Assembly (NCBI RefSeq): GCF_006345805.1
Contig: NC_042999.1
Span: 134,292,001-134,356,000, forward strand
From: Octopus sinensis
Lineage: Eukaryota
Direction: 5' to 3'
DNA: 64,000 bases
Every line of letters begins with the position of its first letter. Within the stretch, counting starts at the first letter, position 1. Below are positions 41,197 through 53,991 of this stretch, piece after piece. The notes beneath the pieces are model-generated. The model searched no databases and had not been told where the DNA came from. It saw nothing but the letters and a program-made list of their open reading frames with translations. The translations under genes and the position numbers were made by a program.

Positions 41197-41640
41197 TTCC
41201 AAGGCGGTGAATAGGCAGAACGTTAGCACGCCGGTCTGAATGCTTCGTGGAATTTCGTTCGTCTTTACGGTCTGAGTTCACATTCCACCGAGGCCTACTA
41301 TGCCTTTCATCCTTCCAGGATTGATGAAATGAAAACCAGCAAAGCATTGGAGTCGAAGTAATCAGCTTCACTTTCCCCTCAAAAACTGCTAACCTCGTGC
41401 CAAGTTTTGAAACTGTTAGCTCAAGGCAGTGAGGTGGCAGAGTTTTTAGCACGCCGGACAAAAATACTTAGCGGCATTTCTTCTGGCTTTAAATTCTGAG
41501 TTCAAATTCAGCCGAGGTTTACTTTACATTTTATCTTTTCTGGGTCGTTTAAAGTAAATACCAGTTGAGCAATGGGGTCGATGTAACCGACTAGCTTCCT
41601 CCCCCGAAATTTCAAATCTTGCACTTTTAGAAGAAAGGAT
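41197..41640 (+). mobile_element. Two adjacent older SINE family A copies
   Basis: AAGGCGGTGAATAGGCAGAACGTTAGC... and AAGGCAGTGAGGTGGCAGAG..., each with a CCTT/CTTGTGC-type tail. Confidence 0.75.
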
Positions 41641-42220
41641 TGGTCCATTAGAGGGCTAGGTGTGTAAAGGTATCGTGTTTAGAAAGAAGTGGGTCTAAAA
41701 TTGGTTAGAACATTTGCCCTCTCTCTATGAAAAGACATTCATCTACTCCACCTAATCCTGCCTAATATTAAGAACATCCCCTCACCTCATCACACTAACA
41801 AATTAAAAAGAAACTGTCAGCTGTTGAAAATTTCCATTTTGTGAATGTTGAGAATCTGTGTTGGTCTTTCGGTGATAAATGGTTGGCTTTTGAACGGAAT
41901 GTCCGCCGAATCTTTTGATGCCTGTATTAGAATGTCAGCATCAAATATTGATTTCTTCCCATAATTCCAGCACCACCAAATAAGTATAAAATGATGCGGT
42001 CAATTAAATAACTGATGCCATAGTTGCCATTTTAGATATTCGATATTTAATAGACTGCGTTAGCTGCGTGTAGGAATAAAATACGGCGAAAAACATTCGA
42101 GGGGAAAATGACGATGACTACTACTGCAGTTTCTGCAGTTGCGGTCGGTTGTAAAGGCGATTGAATTGGTGGTTGTCGTGTTGGTTGTTAGTGTTTGTGC
42201 TTCGCCATAGGTCTGTCATG

Positions 42221-42549
42221 GTGAGGGCGCGTGGCTTAGTGGTTAGGGCATTCGGCTCATGATCGTAAGGTTGTGAGTTCGATTCCCGGCGACGCGTTGT
42301 GTCCTTGAGCAAGACACTTTATTTCACGTTGCTCCAGTCCACTCAGCTGGCAAAAATGAGTTGTACTTGTATTTCAAAGGGTCAGCCTTGTCACTCTCTG
42401 TGTCACGCTGATTATCCCCGAGAACTACGTTAAGGGTACACGTGTCTGTGGAATGCTCAGCCATTTGCACGTTAATTTCACGAGCAAGCTGTTCCGTTGA
42501 TCGTATCAGCTGGGACCCTCGTCGTCGTAACCGGCGGAGTCTTTTTTTT
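42221..42549 (+). mobile_element. Full-length SINE family C with 13-bp TSD and oligo-T end
   Basis: A box TGGCTTAGTGG, B box AGTTCGATTCC; TAGGTCTGTCATG at 42208-42220 and 42550-42562. Confidence 0.9.
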
Positions 42550-43384
42550 TAGGTCTGTCATGATTAATATGGACCAAATGATTAAAGTTATCACACCCGT
42601 AACTATCCGGTCTTTTATAGAGTATAATCTACCTAGGGCTACATTATTTCCAGTATTCTTCCCGTCTTTTTTTTAAACAGTTTGTTGTAATTGAAAGAGA
42701 GTTAGCTGCTATTTTTAGGAGGTTGAGTCACCACATAGAGGTGACTTATGAGTGAAATTCGGTAGACAGAAATTGTAAGAAAGACAATTGGATAGATTGT
42801 ACTTGTAAATATAAGGCCCGGCCTTGATACACAGTCATGTTTATTTTGTCCTAGGATTACGATAAAGATTTATTTGTGTCTAGGGTGTACTCAGCTCCTA
42901 GCGTATTAATTCAATGAGCGGGTAATTCACTTGATGAAAGCCGGTGGGATCCATTTCCTAAACTGATGCATGAACAACAACAACAGCAACAACAATGTGA
43001 GAGAAAGCCGTAAGTATGAAACGGTGAGAAACAAGATTACATAATGTTTATGTTGTTTCTTCTTCTTCTTCTTCTTCTTCTTCCAATCAGGACTCACGCC
43101 ATTAGCCACAAAGAATAATCTCTAATTCGAGCCTACTCTAAGCTACTAAGAATGCATGTGGCAACTTAAAGATCCACCCACCACACGCGATAGACTGGCG
43201 TTTGCACGGGCGCGAAAGCTACGTTGTTATCCTCATTCCGTAAACGGTGGCTTTTAACGGGTGGAAAGCTGAACCATCTTGGGGTACAGCGGGCTCGCAA
43301 TCTAGACTATGGTCAGAAAGTTTACCACACCATAGTGGGTTACACCATGTTCCTCTGCTTTGTGGAAGAAGTAGGAAGAAAAAG

Positions 43385-43542
43385 TGAGAGAAAAAGCACA
43401 GCGGGGTTCAACCCCACCCCACCGGAGCCTCGTGGAGCTTAGGTGTTTTTGCTTAATAAACACTCACAATGCCCGGTCTGGGAATCGAAACCGCGTTCTT
43501 ACGACCGCGAGTCCTCTGCCCTAACCACTGGGCCATTGCGCC
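43385..43542 (-). mobile_element. SINE family D
   Basis: Minus: GGCGCAATGGCCCAGTGGTTAGGGCAGAGGACTCGCGGTCG..GGTTTCGATTCCC; matches 3091-3168. Confidence 0.8.
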
Positions 43543-44109
43543 TTCACTATGTTGTTGCTGCCTATTGCCAGGTCCAACATTTCGACAGTCGTCATACTTT
43601 TGTATATTTATCACCACATACATATATATCCTTCCATTCTAAGTAATGGTTAGTCTACAAGAAATTAGGCTGTTATTTTTAGCATGTAAAGTGAGCAAGT
43701 AGAGGCTTTCATTAACTTGGTCATAGTTTCAATTGAAAGTAACCGATTCAACTATGAATCGAAAACTCGAAATCAAATGTAAGTGTTTGCTTGCAGAATA
43801 AAAACTCTATAATTTCGTCTATAATACTGCCCCAACTTCATAACTTCGAATAGCGATTGTTTAACTCCAAGTCAGCCTGACTGAGTAGAACGATAATCAA
43901 AGGCAATCCATGAGTAGAAACAACTCGTTTTTCCTTTTCATTTTCTTTCTTGTGGGTGGAGGTGGCATTGTGTATCCAGGGTCACTTCACTTCGTCAGTC
44001 TCAGCTTTACAACTTCAAATGTCGTTAACCCCAGGTCAGCGTCTAATAGAGCAAAGGCATTACATGCGTGACCATCCCGTGTTTTTAGTTGCTGTTCGTT
44101 TTCTTTTAG

Positions 44110-44250
44110 GCATAGGACTGTGTCGTTAAGAAACCCGCTTTGCAACCGCGTAATCTCGAGCTCAGTCTCACAGCGCCGTTTTTGGGGCAAATATCTTCTA
44201 TTATGCCTTGTGAATGGATTTGATGGAAGGAAGCTGTGTGGAAGACCGTC

Positions 44251-44326
<76 letters not shown>

Positions 44327-44530
44327 TTGTCTGTGTGTGTGTCTATGCGTTTGTCCTCCAGTCTCACTGCTTCATAGTCGCTGTTACATCGTTTACACCC
44401 CTTTAAATTAGCATTTCGGCAAAAGTCCGATAGAATAAGACTTAAAAAGAACTTAAAAAGAATAAGAATAAAAGGACGGTGCCCCAGGATGGCCGAAGTC
44501 CAGTGACTGAATCAAGTAAAAGATAAAAGA
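44110..44530 (+). mobile_element. SINE family B (decayed)
   Basis: Degenerate head, (GT)n interior, tail GGTGCCCCAGGATGGCC..TGACTGAATCAAGTAAAAGATAAAAGA. Confidence 0.7.
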
Positions 44531-45232
44531 TTGTTCATGTAGGATCACATTTGCTTCGTCTATAAACAACACCGATTCAGTTACGCAAATCCAAACGCTG
44601 TTTAGCCCCAGGACAACTTGACTGTAGATCTATGATGAACGACATTCCAAGCGTTGCCATCCCCTGCCTACTTTTTTGGGCGTTGTGCAACCAGGTTCAT
44701 AATATTTGTTGTATTCTTTTTCCCTTTTAAGACGGTTATGTTTTATATGTGGAAGATTTGGCGTAGAGAGAAGCTCGTTCGGATCTTTTGTTGGTTTGAT
44801 TTCAAATGTGATGTGTTTATGTGACTAAAAGTATGTGGAAGTTACTACCATGTCTACGAAGTTGAGGTTATTTGTAATGAAGGAGTTTGGATATAAAGTT
44901 GTCATAGAGATAATGATAGAGTTAGAATTGAAAGAGAAGAAACAGAAAAAAATGGCAGAAGCGTGTAAGATGGTGGAAGAGAATGCACAGAGAGTGAGAG
45001 GAGTGGAGATGAAGGCGGTAAGACAAAAAGAGATGAAGGGGTGGGGGATAATCACAATACTGGGTAGAGAATAGGGTGGGAGATGAAATAATGAGGGAGT
45101 GCAAAGTCTTGTTTTCAGGAAGTGAATGGGAAAGATTTTAGACTATGTGTGTAAAAGAGTTAGTGAAGAAATAGGAAAGAGGTGAGATGGGTGTGAGGAA
45201 GATGCTAGATGGTGAGAAAGAGAGAGAGAGAA

Positions 45233-45271
<39 letters not shown>

Positions 45272-45480
45272 GTGTGTGTATATGTGTGTTTGTGCGTTTG
45301 TGTGACTGTGTGTGTGATTGAGTATTCTATGTGTGTGTGAGAAAAATACGGTGAGAACAAAAGAGAGACAACAATGTCAGAAAAAGAGAGTCGAAGATAG
45401 AGGGAATTATAGGGTGAGAGGATGAGGAGTAGCGAAGTAGAAGGGATGCGGAAAAGTGAAAGAGAATGAGTTTGTACTTA

Positions 45481-45518
<38 letters not shown>

Positions 45519-45699
45519 CACACGTTAGATATAGAAGAAATTTATTTAAGACATATCGATTACGATAGTGGATGTGAGAAAGAAAGAGAAAGAGGGCGCA
45601 ATAAGGAACGAAATAGAAATACATAACACACACATACGCGTACATACAAAAGTACATACATATATTTATACACACATATATATATACATACATACATGT

Positions 45700-45768
<69 letters not shown>

Positions 45769-45831
45769 TATATCTACACATGTATATATATATATAGATA
45801 TATAGATATATATATATGTATGTATGTAAAT

Positions 45832-45870
<39 letters not shown>

Positions 45871-45901
45871 GAAAGAATATGTGCATGAGGATGGAAAACA
45901 C

Positions 45902-45915
45902 AAAGAAAGAAAGAA

Positions 45916-45984
<69 letters not shown>
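45902..45984. repeat. (GAAA)n run following (TA)n and (GA)n
   Basis: Directly visible. Confidence 0.95.
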
Positions 45985-45988
<4 letters not shown>

Positions 45989-46584
45989 TTTTCTGCAAGT
46001 AAATCAGTCGTAAAATGTCGACTTTCTATTATCGATACGGACCTAGAAGCTGAACCTCAGTGATTCGTTGCCGATAGATCGAGAGAATGTAACTGGCTTT
46101 AAAGAGACTGCTATACCATTAGCTGACATCTTTACGAGAAATCTGACTTTAGTGACCCATGTCTGCAAGCTTGGAATGAAGTGGCAATTCCAGTCATAAA
46201 GTCCTTTTAGCTTTTTAAATAAAAACTTCACACCATTTCCTCTCCTCGCCTACCTTTATTGTTTATAACGTTATTTCTCTCCACACTATCATTGGTGCCA
46301 TAATTGTAATAATTCGCCCATTTCCGTCATTCTCCGGATCGCTACGTCTCTGTTTCCTTACAGAATCTTTCGTTACTTGTTAAATGATATACTTCATCAG
46401 TCACCTTTCCTATCCCCCTGTACTGGCATATCCTGGTTCATCACTCAACGTTCTTCATTATTTTTCTTTTTTTTTTATTACATTTTAAATAGATGTATGC
46501 ATTCTTCTCTTATTCTTCTTTTACTGGTAACAGTCATTGAACTCTGATTATGCTGGTGCTCCGCCTTCAAAGGTTTAGTCGGCA

Positions 46585-46930
46585 AGTTTTGCAGAGTCGT
46601 TAGCACACTAGGCAAAAGTGCTTAGCGGCATGTCGTCCCTCTTTACGCTTTGAGTTCAAATTCCGCCGAAACCAATTTTGCCTTTCATTCTTTTGAGGTC
46701 GATAGAATAAGTACCGTTTGACTTATCTCCTCCCATGAAATCGCTGTCTTTGTGCAACAATTCAAAATCATTATAATTATTTATATAGATGTATTACGTT
46801 CTAAGTTAAAATTCTGCCGAGATCGACTTACATCCCTTTCGGAGTTGATAAATTAAGTACTAGTAATACACTGGAGTCGACTGTTCCCCTTCCCCCAAAT
46901 TCCAGGCCTTGTGCCCATAGAAGAAAGGAT
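46585..46930 (+). mobile_element. SINE family A fragments
   Basis: GCAGAGTCGTTAGCAC..GAGTTCAAATTCCGCCG..TTTCATTCTTTTGAGGTCGATAG and a second partial unit ending GGCCTTGTGCCCATAGAAG. Confidence 0.7.
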
Positions 46931-47040
46931 TATTTATATTGATGTAGATATATATATATAAATATATATGCAGCTGTGTTCTTAACATAATTGCTTTATT
47001 CCTTTGTCATCCTTATTTATTATCTCTGTCTGTCTCTCTG

Positions 47041-47074
<34 letters not shown>

Positions 47075-47464
47075 GCTATATATATAGAGAGAAAGAGAAA
47101 GAGAGAGAGAGAGCTATTCCTGTTCACACACTCATTTATATTGCACAATTTCCGCAACCAATACTCCTAAGATATTGGTCAGATCGTGGCAATGGAAGAT
47201 GACACTTGCTCAAAGTGAAGCGGAGAAGCATTAAATGTCTAGGTGGCGAACTTGTCAATCACACATCAACCCAATCACCAGGATTAAAATTATCGATTCG
47301 CTGAGATAAAGCCTGTGGTGCAACTACTTTGTACGTTGTGATAAAATCCGAGGCGTTTATTATTATTTTTTTTATAAGACAAGACTAAAATTGTATGTTT
47401 ATTAAGAAGTTCATCATACGTTTCAAAATATCCACGTCCCCAAATAACACTGTACCCAGCACTA

Positions 47465-47642
47465 TCTTATCTTTTATTTTTTACTTGTTTCATTAGACTG
47501 CGGCCATACTGGGGCACCGCCTGAAGAAGTTTCAGTCGAATGAATCGACCCCAGTAATTATCTTGTTGCTAACCCAGGTACTTATTCTATCGGTTCGTTT
47601 GCTGAACCGCTAAGCAAACACTCAAACACCGGTTGTCAAGGG
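47465..47642 (-). mobile_element. SINE family B 3' half, abutting the transposon break
   Basis: TTTTACTTGTTTCATT.GACTGCGGCCATACTGGGGCACCGCC...CACCGGTTGTCAAG. Confidence 0.8.
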
Positions 47643-47645
47643 ACG

Positions 47646-48527
47646 ATGGGAGCTAGGAGGCCTTATACATGGTGGAACAAGATCATGGAGATTGACATAT
47701 ATCCACGCTTGGATTGTCCTAGCCTTATGAGACGGCCCAGAGTCTTGTTGGAAGACATACGGTCTCCCGTTGCATACTCTTTATATTCAAGGCCTCACAA
47801 CTTTTTCCCAGGCAGTGCACATGAAAAAAAGTGAAGAGACATAACATCTCCCTCGTCGTTGACGATTCCCAGAAGCATGACAATTGTTGGGAACTTAGTG
47901 TGCATGACCGTTGGAATCTCATTCAGTTCTCTTTTGCTCCTGGTCGAAGTTTTTCTCATCGGAGAAAAGCCAAAGCATTTTAGCCTCTTGCTTTTTTAAG
48001 TTCTTTTGCAAGCGCTTTGTACGGATCGAATGATTTTCTCTTGTCCCATCTAACATGAACTGAAAGGCTCAGCATTACATACGACTTGTACAGGATGTTT
48101 TCATGCGCAACTCTTTTGATGATGCATTCTGAAACAACGTCCTATGCAATAACCCTGACTAATTTTCTGGGTGGTTTTATCGATGATTTCTTCGACGACT
48201 TTTTATACTAAATTATGTTCTAATGGTATTAGGACACTGTACAAGCGTTTTGCATTTAGCTGTTGATGTTGGGTCCCTGTTCACATCTTCCAGCTCCTTT
48301 CGAACTTTGACAAAGAAGGATCGGGCAATTTTCAGAAAGCGAGCTATCTCTGTATCACTATGCTGAGCTTTTAAGGCAACGGCTACAGTGTGCCGTTTCA
48401 TTTGCTGAGTTAACCTGATGTTTGAAATTATTCATCTGAAAAGTAAAGTAAAAAAAAAAATAATAATAAGTTAGAAGAAAGAGCTCTTGAAAGGAAATAG
48501 GTATCCTCAAAAATCTGACGTGCCCTG
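47646..48527 (-). mobile_element. Truncated Tc1/mariner DNA transposon (maT/DD37D-like), transposase pseudogene
   Basis: End reads TA/CAGGGCACGTCAG. Translation MKRHTVAVALKAQHSDTEIARFLKIARSF, FSDEKNFDQEQK, IPTVMHTKFPTIVMLLGIVNDEG, GRPYVFQQDSGPSHKA. The third catalytic D and second TIR are missing, so D-D spacing cannot be verified. Confidence 0.85.
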
Positions 48528-48744
48528 TAATAGCTCATTCTACGGAGAGGAATGGAATCACGACTGTCTAGATTGTCTGTTTGTTAGAAACCAGCTCCAT
48601 TTTTCTACACAGAATACTAATAAATAGAAAGAAAGGGACCGCCTAGCGTTATTTTTACAGACATAATCTATGAGTGGAACAGTAAAAATATCAGAGTTTC
48701 TTAATGTTTCTTAATGTGTAACAATTATCATTGTTGTTATCCAA

Positions 48745-49077
48745 GAAGTGAAAGGGCGTGGCATAGTGGTTAGAGTGTACAGCTGTCGGTCGTAAGGTCA
48801 TGAGTTCGATTCCTAGCGATGAGTTGTATCCTTAAGCAAGACACTTCATTTCACGTTGCTCCAATTCCACTCACCTGTTTAAAAAAATGAGTTGTACCTG
48901 TATTGTAAAGTGTCAGCCTTGTCACATTCTGTGTCACGCGGAATCTCCCGGAGAACTACGTTAAGGGTATGCGTGTCTGTGGAGTGTTCAGCAACTTGCA
49001 CGTTAATTTTACGAGCAAGCTGTTCCGTTGATTGGATCAACTGAAACCCTAGTCATTGTAACTGATAGTGCCAGTCA
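48745..49077 (+). mobile_element. SINE family C, second full copy
   Basis: Colinear with 42221-42549; possible TSD GTTATCCAA at 48736-48744 and 49078-49086. Confidence 0.85.
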
Positions 49078-49156
49078 GTTATCCAAACCTGTTAGAAACC
49101 AGCTCCCTCTTTCTAGAAAGAATACTAATAAGTAAAAAGCAGAAAGATATACATAC

Positions 49157-49192
<36 letters not shown>

Positions 49193-50250
49193 ATACACCT
49201 ACATATACATATACACAGAACGAGGAAGAGTAACAGAGAGAGCGAGAGAGAGAGAGAGAGAGAGATGTAAAGAAAGAGGGGAGTAGAAATCCCTGTGCAG
49301 GACACTTGAATGATATCCAATCTTGTGATATAGAAAAACAAATAGCAACATCACAGCTTGGCTGACTGGAAACTAGAATTTATGTGTCAACAATGCAGCT
49401 TAGCCAGGATTATTCTCTCTCCAAAACATACTCAGATCTCTATTGTAATAATTCAACGACATCCACAACTCGGTCTATACTGATACGGCGATCTTTTTAA
49501 GATTTTAAAACTTTCTCCTCTCTCCATCCCCCTCTCCTTCTTTCTACACCTGCCTCTCTCTCTTTACCTCTCTATTTCTCAATCTGTCTATCTACCCTTT
49601 ATCTCTGGTTTTCTTTCCTCTAATCTATAATCGCCATGTTTTGAGCCATTAGTTTTCTGACCTGGGATTATAGGTGTTTGATTAATAAATATTGAACCAC
49701 AAGAAAATTGCTAACATATATATTGTGAAATATAATTTAATGAAATGAATACAGTACATAACTAGGTCTAGAAATGTGACATTCACTCCTCGACAAATAG
49801 AAAATTGAAACTTGACAAAAAAAACACACACAATGAGTATTACTGTAATAAAAGCTAATGGGTTAGCTTAATTGGTTATGTTGCAAAGTGTATATATACC
49901 AGTCAATACATACATATAGACATACGTACGAGGTCAGTCCAAGACAAATTTTAAAAAAATGTTTTCCACCTTCACATTCATGTATTATTATTATTTTTTT
50001 TTTTGTTAGTAATAACTTAATTAGACTTGTCTCTCTCAGAATACTTCCTTCCACTGTTGATATATCTCTTTCAGTTTTCAAATTCGTTTTCAGAACGGAG
50101 TGAGATGTTTGGTCGTCACTGTCTGGACACCGACGATTAGATATTCAGCCAATTTTGGAGATAGTATTTTTTTGACGCTGGAAGCAAACAAAACACGTGG
50201 GTGCGTAGAAATATGCACAGACAAATAGAAAGTCTGAGACAGACAGAGAG

Positions 50251-50311
<61 letters not shown>

Positions 50312-50924
50312 GAGACAGATAGACAGACAGATATACAAGCAGACAGAGAAAAGGAAAGAGAAAGAGAGAGAGAGAAAAAACAATTTATTAGTGACATAAA
50401 TACTTTCCCGCTCAGAAACATAAAGAGAAATATAATCGCACAGATATGAAGAGAAAGAGGCAAGGGAGAGAATGTGAGAACCATTAAAACATCTGGTACT
50501 AAATAAGTCAGCGGTCGAATCAGTGACGCCAAAACGGCTGTGCAAAAAACGTCTCGTATCCTTTTCAAAAGTATTGCACACTGCTCGTTGTTAATTTTCT
50601 TTTATCCTTTCTGTCATCTGAAGTCAGCGACCTTTCATAGTCGGTTTCTACTTTGAGAACAAAAGAAGTTCACCGAAGTCAAATTCAGAGAGGAGAATGA
50701 ATGGAGGATATGAGTCGTCTTACGCATAGGGAGTGACGCAAGAGCAGGTGGGTTGTCATGTTTGGAGCATTTAAGTTTTATTTGTCCATACCGCAGGCAT
50801 CTTCCTTCACACTGCCTCTCATCCATTTATGACTATATTTCTGTAGAAATACATTATCTTTGCTTCAAATGATTCTTAAAATGATAAAGCATTTAGTAAA
50901 TTAACGTTGTCATTATTAAGCTGG

Positions 50925-51050
50925 TCCAAGGCGACATGCTGGCAGAATCGTGACGTCGCCGGACAAAATGCTTAGCAGCATTCTTTACGTTTTGAGTTCG
51001 GATTTCGCCAAGGTTGGTTTTGCTTTCACCTTTTTGGGGTCGATAAAATA
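50925..51050 (+). mobile_element. SINE family A (decayed, truncated)
   Basis: AAGGCGACATGCTGGCAGAATCGTG..GAGTTCGGATTTCGCC..GGGGTCGATAAAA. Confidence 0.7.
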
Positions 51051-51425
51051 ATTGTTTATTGAAAGGTTTATTAAGCACGTACCTCGAACATAACATGAAT
51101 TTTGGTGGAAGCACGTAGGTCAAACTCGTTATAGGGTCATGTCTTCTTTTTTTTTGTCCCGCGTTACTAAAATTTTCAGTAAATTTTCATCACTATTCGA
51201 ACGACCGAACATTTGATTGACCGTGGTTTGATTCTCTTTATGTTCACAAAATTTGAGGCAAGTCAGCTATTGCGTAGATCATCTATATTTTGGATCGTCT
51301 TCTGTGGATGTTCTTTTCAGTTTGAAACGATCGAATCACTAGTGACATTCATTATGTATAACTGCAAGCAATCCTCCTTCACACACACATACACACACGC
51401 ACACACACACACACACATACACACG

Positions 51426-51481
<56 letters not shown>

Positions 51482-52436
51482 TTCACGCATGCACGTACGC
51501 ACATGGTTGTTGAAATGGAGTACCCAGTACAAACGTATTGAGCATTAGTTTATTTAAGCTGATCCAGCCAGTCATGAAACGAGCAAGCAGTTACGTTGAT
51601 CGGATCAACTGGAACATTCGTCGTTGTAACCGACGGAGTACCACTCATTGCAAGACAATAGATAATGCAAAGTGTGTTAAAAGTATTTCAGTCAACCCTG
51701 ATATCTGACTGGTATTTATTTTCTCGAACCGACAGTGAACCGACTAAGAAGTCTGCAGTACTATGGTGTGTGGCTAGTTTAATACTGTGTAATAATTATA
51801 TTTCATACTCCTTACGTCCCTTAACTGATTTATGAATGAGACGTCTTCGAGGGAAAGATAGTCCACTAAGCATGACTTACAATTGAAGAATATGAGTTTC
51901 GCTTCGCTGACTCACCTAATTAATAAGTCATTAATATAATAATTAACAGTAGGCAATCAATAATCACGCAACTTACTAATAGCTTTCCAACCTTATAGAT
52001 TATATTTATTTGCTTCTGGGCTGTGAATTGGTATTGCCGCTGAAGGCATTTGTTCCGGAACTCTACGTTAAGTGTTCAGATCCCGCCGATGTCAGCTCAA
52101 CCTACTCTCAATTTGAGATCAATAAAATAATGTTCTCGCCTGTGTATAAACTATATAAATTATCTGTATATGCAGTCAAAATACGAGTCAATGAAAATGG
52201 ATATCTCTAAGTGGTCGTTCGACCTGACAGACTTGGTAGCCAAATTTCCTTCGAATGATCGATCACCACCTAAAAAAATATAAGCAAAGAAAACATTGGA
52301 TAATGTAGTCCTACATATCCTAAATTTTGAAAAAACACTACAAAAAAAAAACAATTAGAGACCGATCATAATAAGAATACCTTTCATCATGGGTTTGCTC
52401 AATAAAACACTGAGCTCAGTTTAAACAAAGTCATCA

Positions 52437-52889
52437 CACAGGCGTGGCTGTGTGTTAAGAAGTTTGCTTCCCAACAACATGGTTCCGGGTTGAGTCCCCC
52501 AGCGTGGAACCTTGGGCAAGTGTCTTCTACTATACCTTCGAGATAATCAAAGTCTTGTGAGTAGATTTGGTCGATAAAAACTGAAAGAAGCCCACTCTAT
52601 GTGTGTGTGTGTGTGCCTTTGTGTTTGTGTTTGTTCACCCACCACCACCATTATCATCATCACAACCACCACCACCACTACCACCACCTCTACCACCATC
52701 ACTTAACAACAGATGTTAGTGAGCTTACGTCCTCGTAACTTAGCGGTTCGGCAAAAGAGGCTGCTAAGATAAGTAAGTACCAGGCTTTAAAAATAAGTAC
52801 TACGGTTGATTCGTTCGACTAAAATTCTTTGAGGTGGTACTCCAGCATGGCCGTAGTCTAATGACTGAAACAAGTAAAAATAAAAAATA
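52437..52889 (+). mobile_element. SINE family B with (GT)n + (CAC)n interior
   Basis: GGCGTGGCTGTGTG.TAAGAAGTTTGCTTCCC..GGTTCCGGGTTGAGTCCC...CTCCAGCATGGCC..TGACTGAAACAAGTAAAAA. Confidence 0.85.
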
Positions 52890-53587
52890 AAGATTACTAC
52901 ATGTAAACTTGACCGAAGTGCTGACAAAATTGTTGTTGTCGCTGTTGCTGTTATTGTTGTTGCTATTGTTTAGCCCCAGGTCAGGTGTGAAGAAATAATA
53001 TACTTCCAGCTGTAACCATCTCACCGATGGCTACATTATCCAATGTGCCATTTTTTTCCCCACGGGACAGTAGGGTTATGCAAAGATGTACTTGCATAGC
53101 AAATGACCTGATCTGAGATCGTGTGCTGGAACGAAAACAATTGCAGCACGGAATTTTGTCCAGGTCGCGGTCTCAAAGCGACGAAAATATTTTGACAAAT
53201 TAAATTTAAATGTTGAAGTGAATCTAACGGTTTTTGTGTGTTTCTTAAATGGCTAATAAACACCTTCCAGTAGGGATATGATTTGATGGAAATTCGTCAT
53301 CAGCAAATAACTCAGCCATTTCATTCCACTTCTTTTCAAAACATCCATCACTGGCTAACGACTACGTGGAAGCTTCGCGCTCTGCTCCGTTAACAGTAAA
53401 TAGTAAGACGGAAGTACCAGCCATCAGAGCTGAAGTGTTATGTAATAATACGTATACATACCAAAGTTACTTACCACTAAACCAACAGTGCCTCACTATG
53501 TTGTCTTCCTCAAACATACTAAGCGCGGCTACTTATATACCCTGGGTGGAGCGGGGAAGAGAAAGGGGAAGATCAATGTGATAGCTA

Positions 53588-53588
<1 letters not shown>

Positions 53589-53630
<42 letters not shown>

Positions 53631-53943
53631 GATGATGATGATGATGATGATGAGGAGGAGGAGGAGGAGGCGGGGGAGGCAGAGGAGGCTGTGGTGGTGG
53701 TGGTGGTGGTGGTGGTTTTGGTGGTGGTGGTGGTTTTAGTGGTGGTGTGCAATTTTAAAGGATGTCGGATGCTGAACGTAAACTGTGTGTCCTTGGCCTA
53801 TATAGACCCTGAAAGAGGTTCAATTCCCAACCATTCTGTAGGAAGGAGATGAGTGGGAATTTCAAAAACCCGATGATGAAGGCGGTGATAGCGTTGATGT
53901 ATATACATACATAAATGTGTTTGTGTGTGTGATAATGACGACA

Positions 53944-53991
<48 letters not shown>

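Noticed and set aside
41143-41240. C/D snoRNA or hammerhead from CTGATGA...CTGA with the palindrome CACTGGCCAGTG
   Set aside because: Box C lacks the purine, the D box lies within a SINE, no terminal stem, and no GAAA core on either strand.
42221-42300. tRNA genes at SINE heads (also 43470-43542, 3091-3168)
   Set aside because: A and B boxes are present but continue into SINE bodies; no complete acceptor stem.
46360-46405. Minus-strand CUGAUGA A GU...AC GAAA
   Set aside because: Only a 2-bp stem II, G at the cleavage position and no stem I; likely chance.
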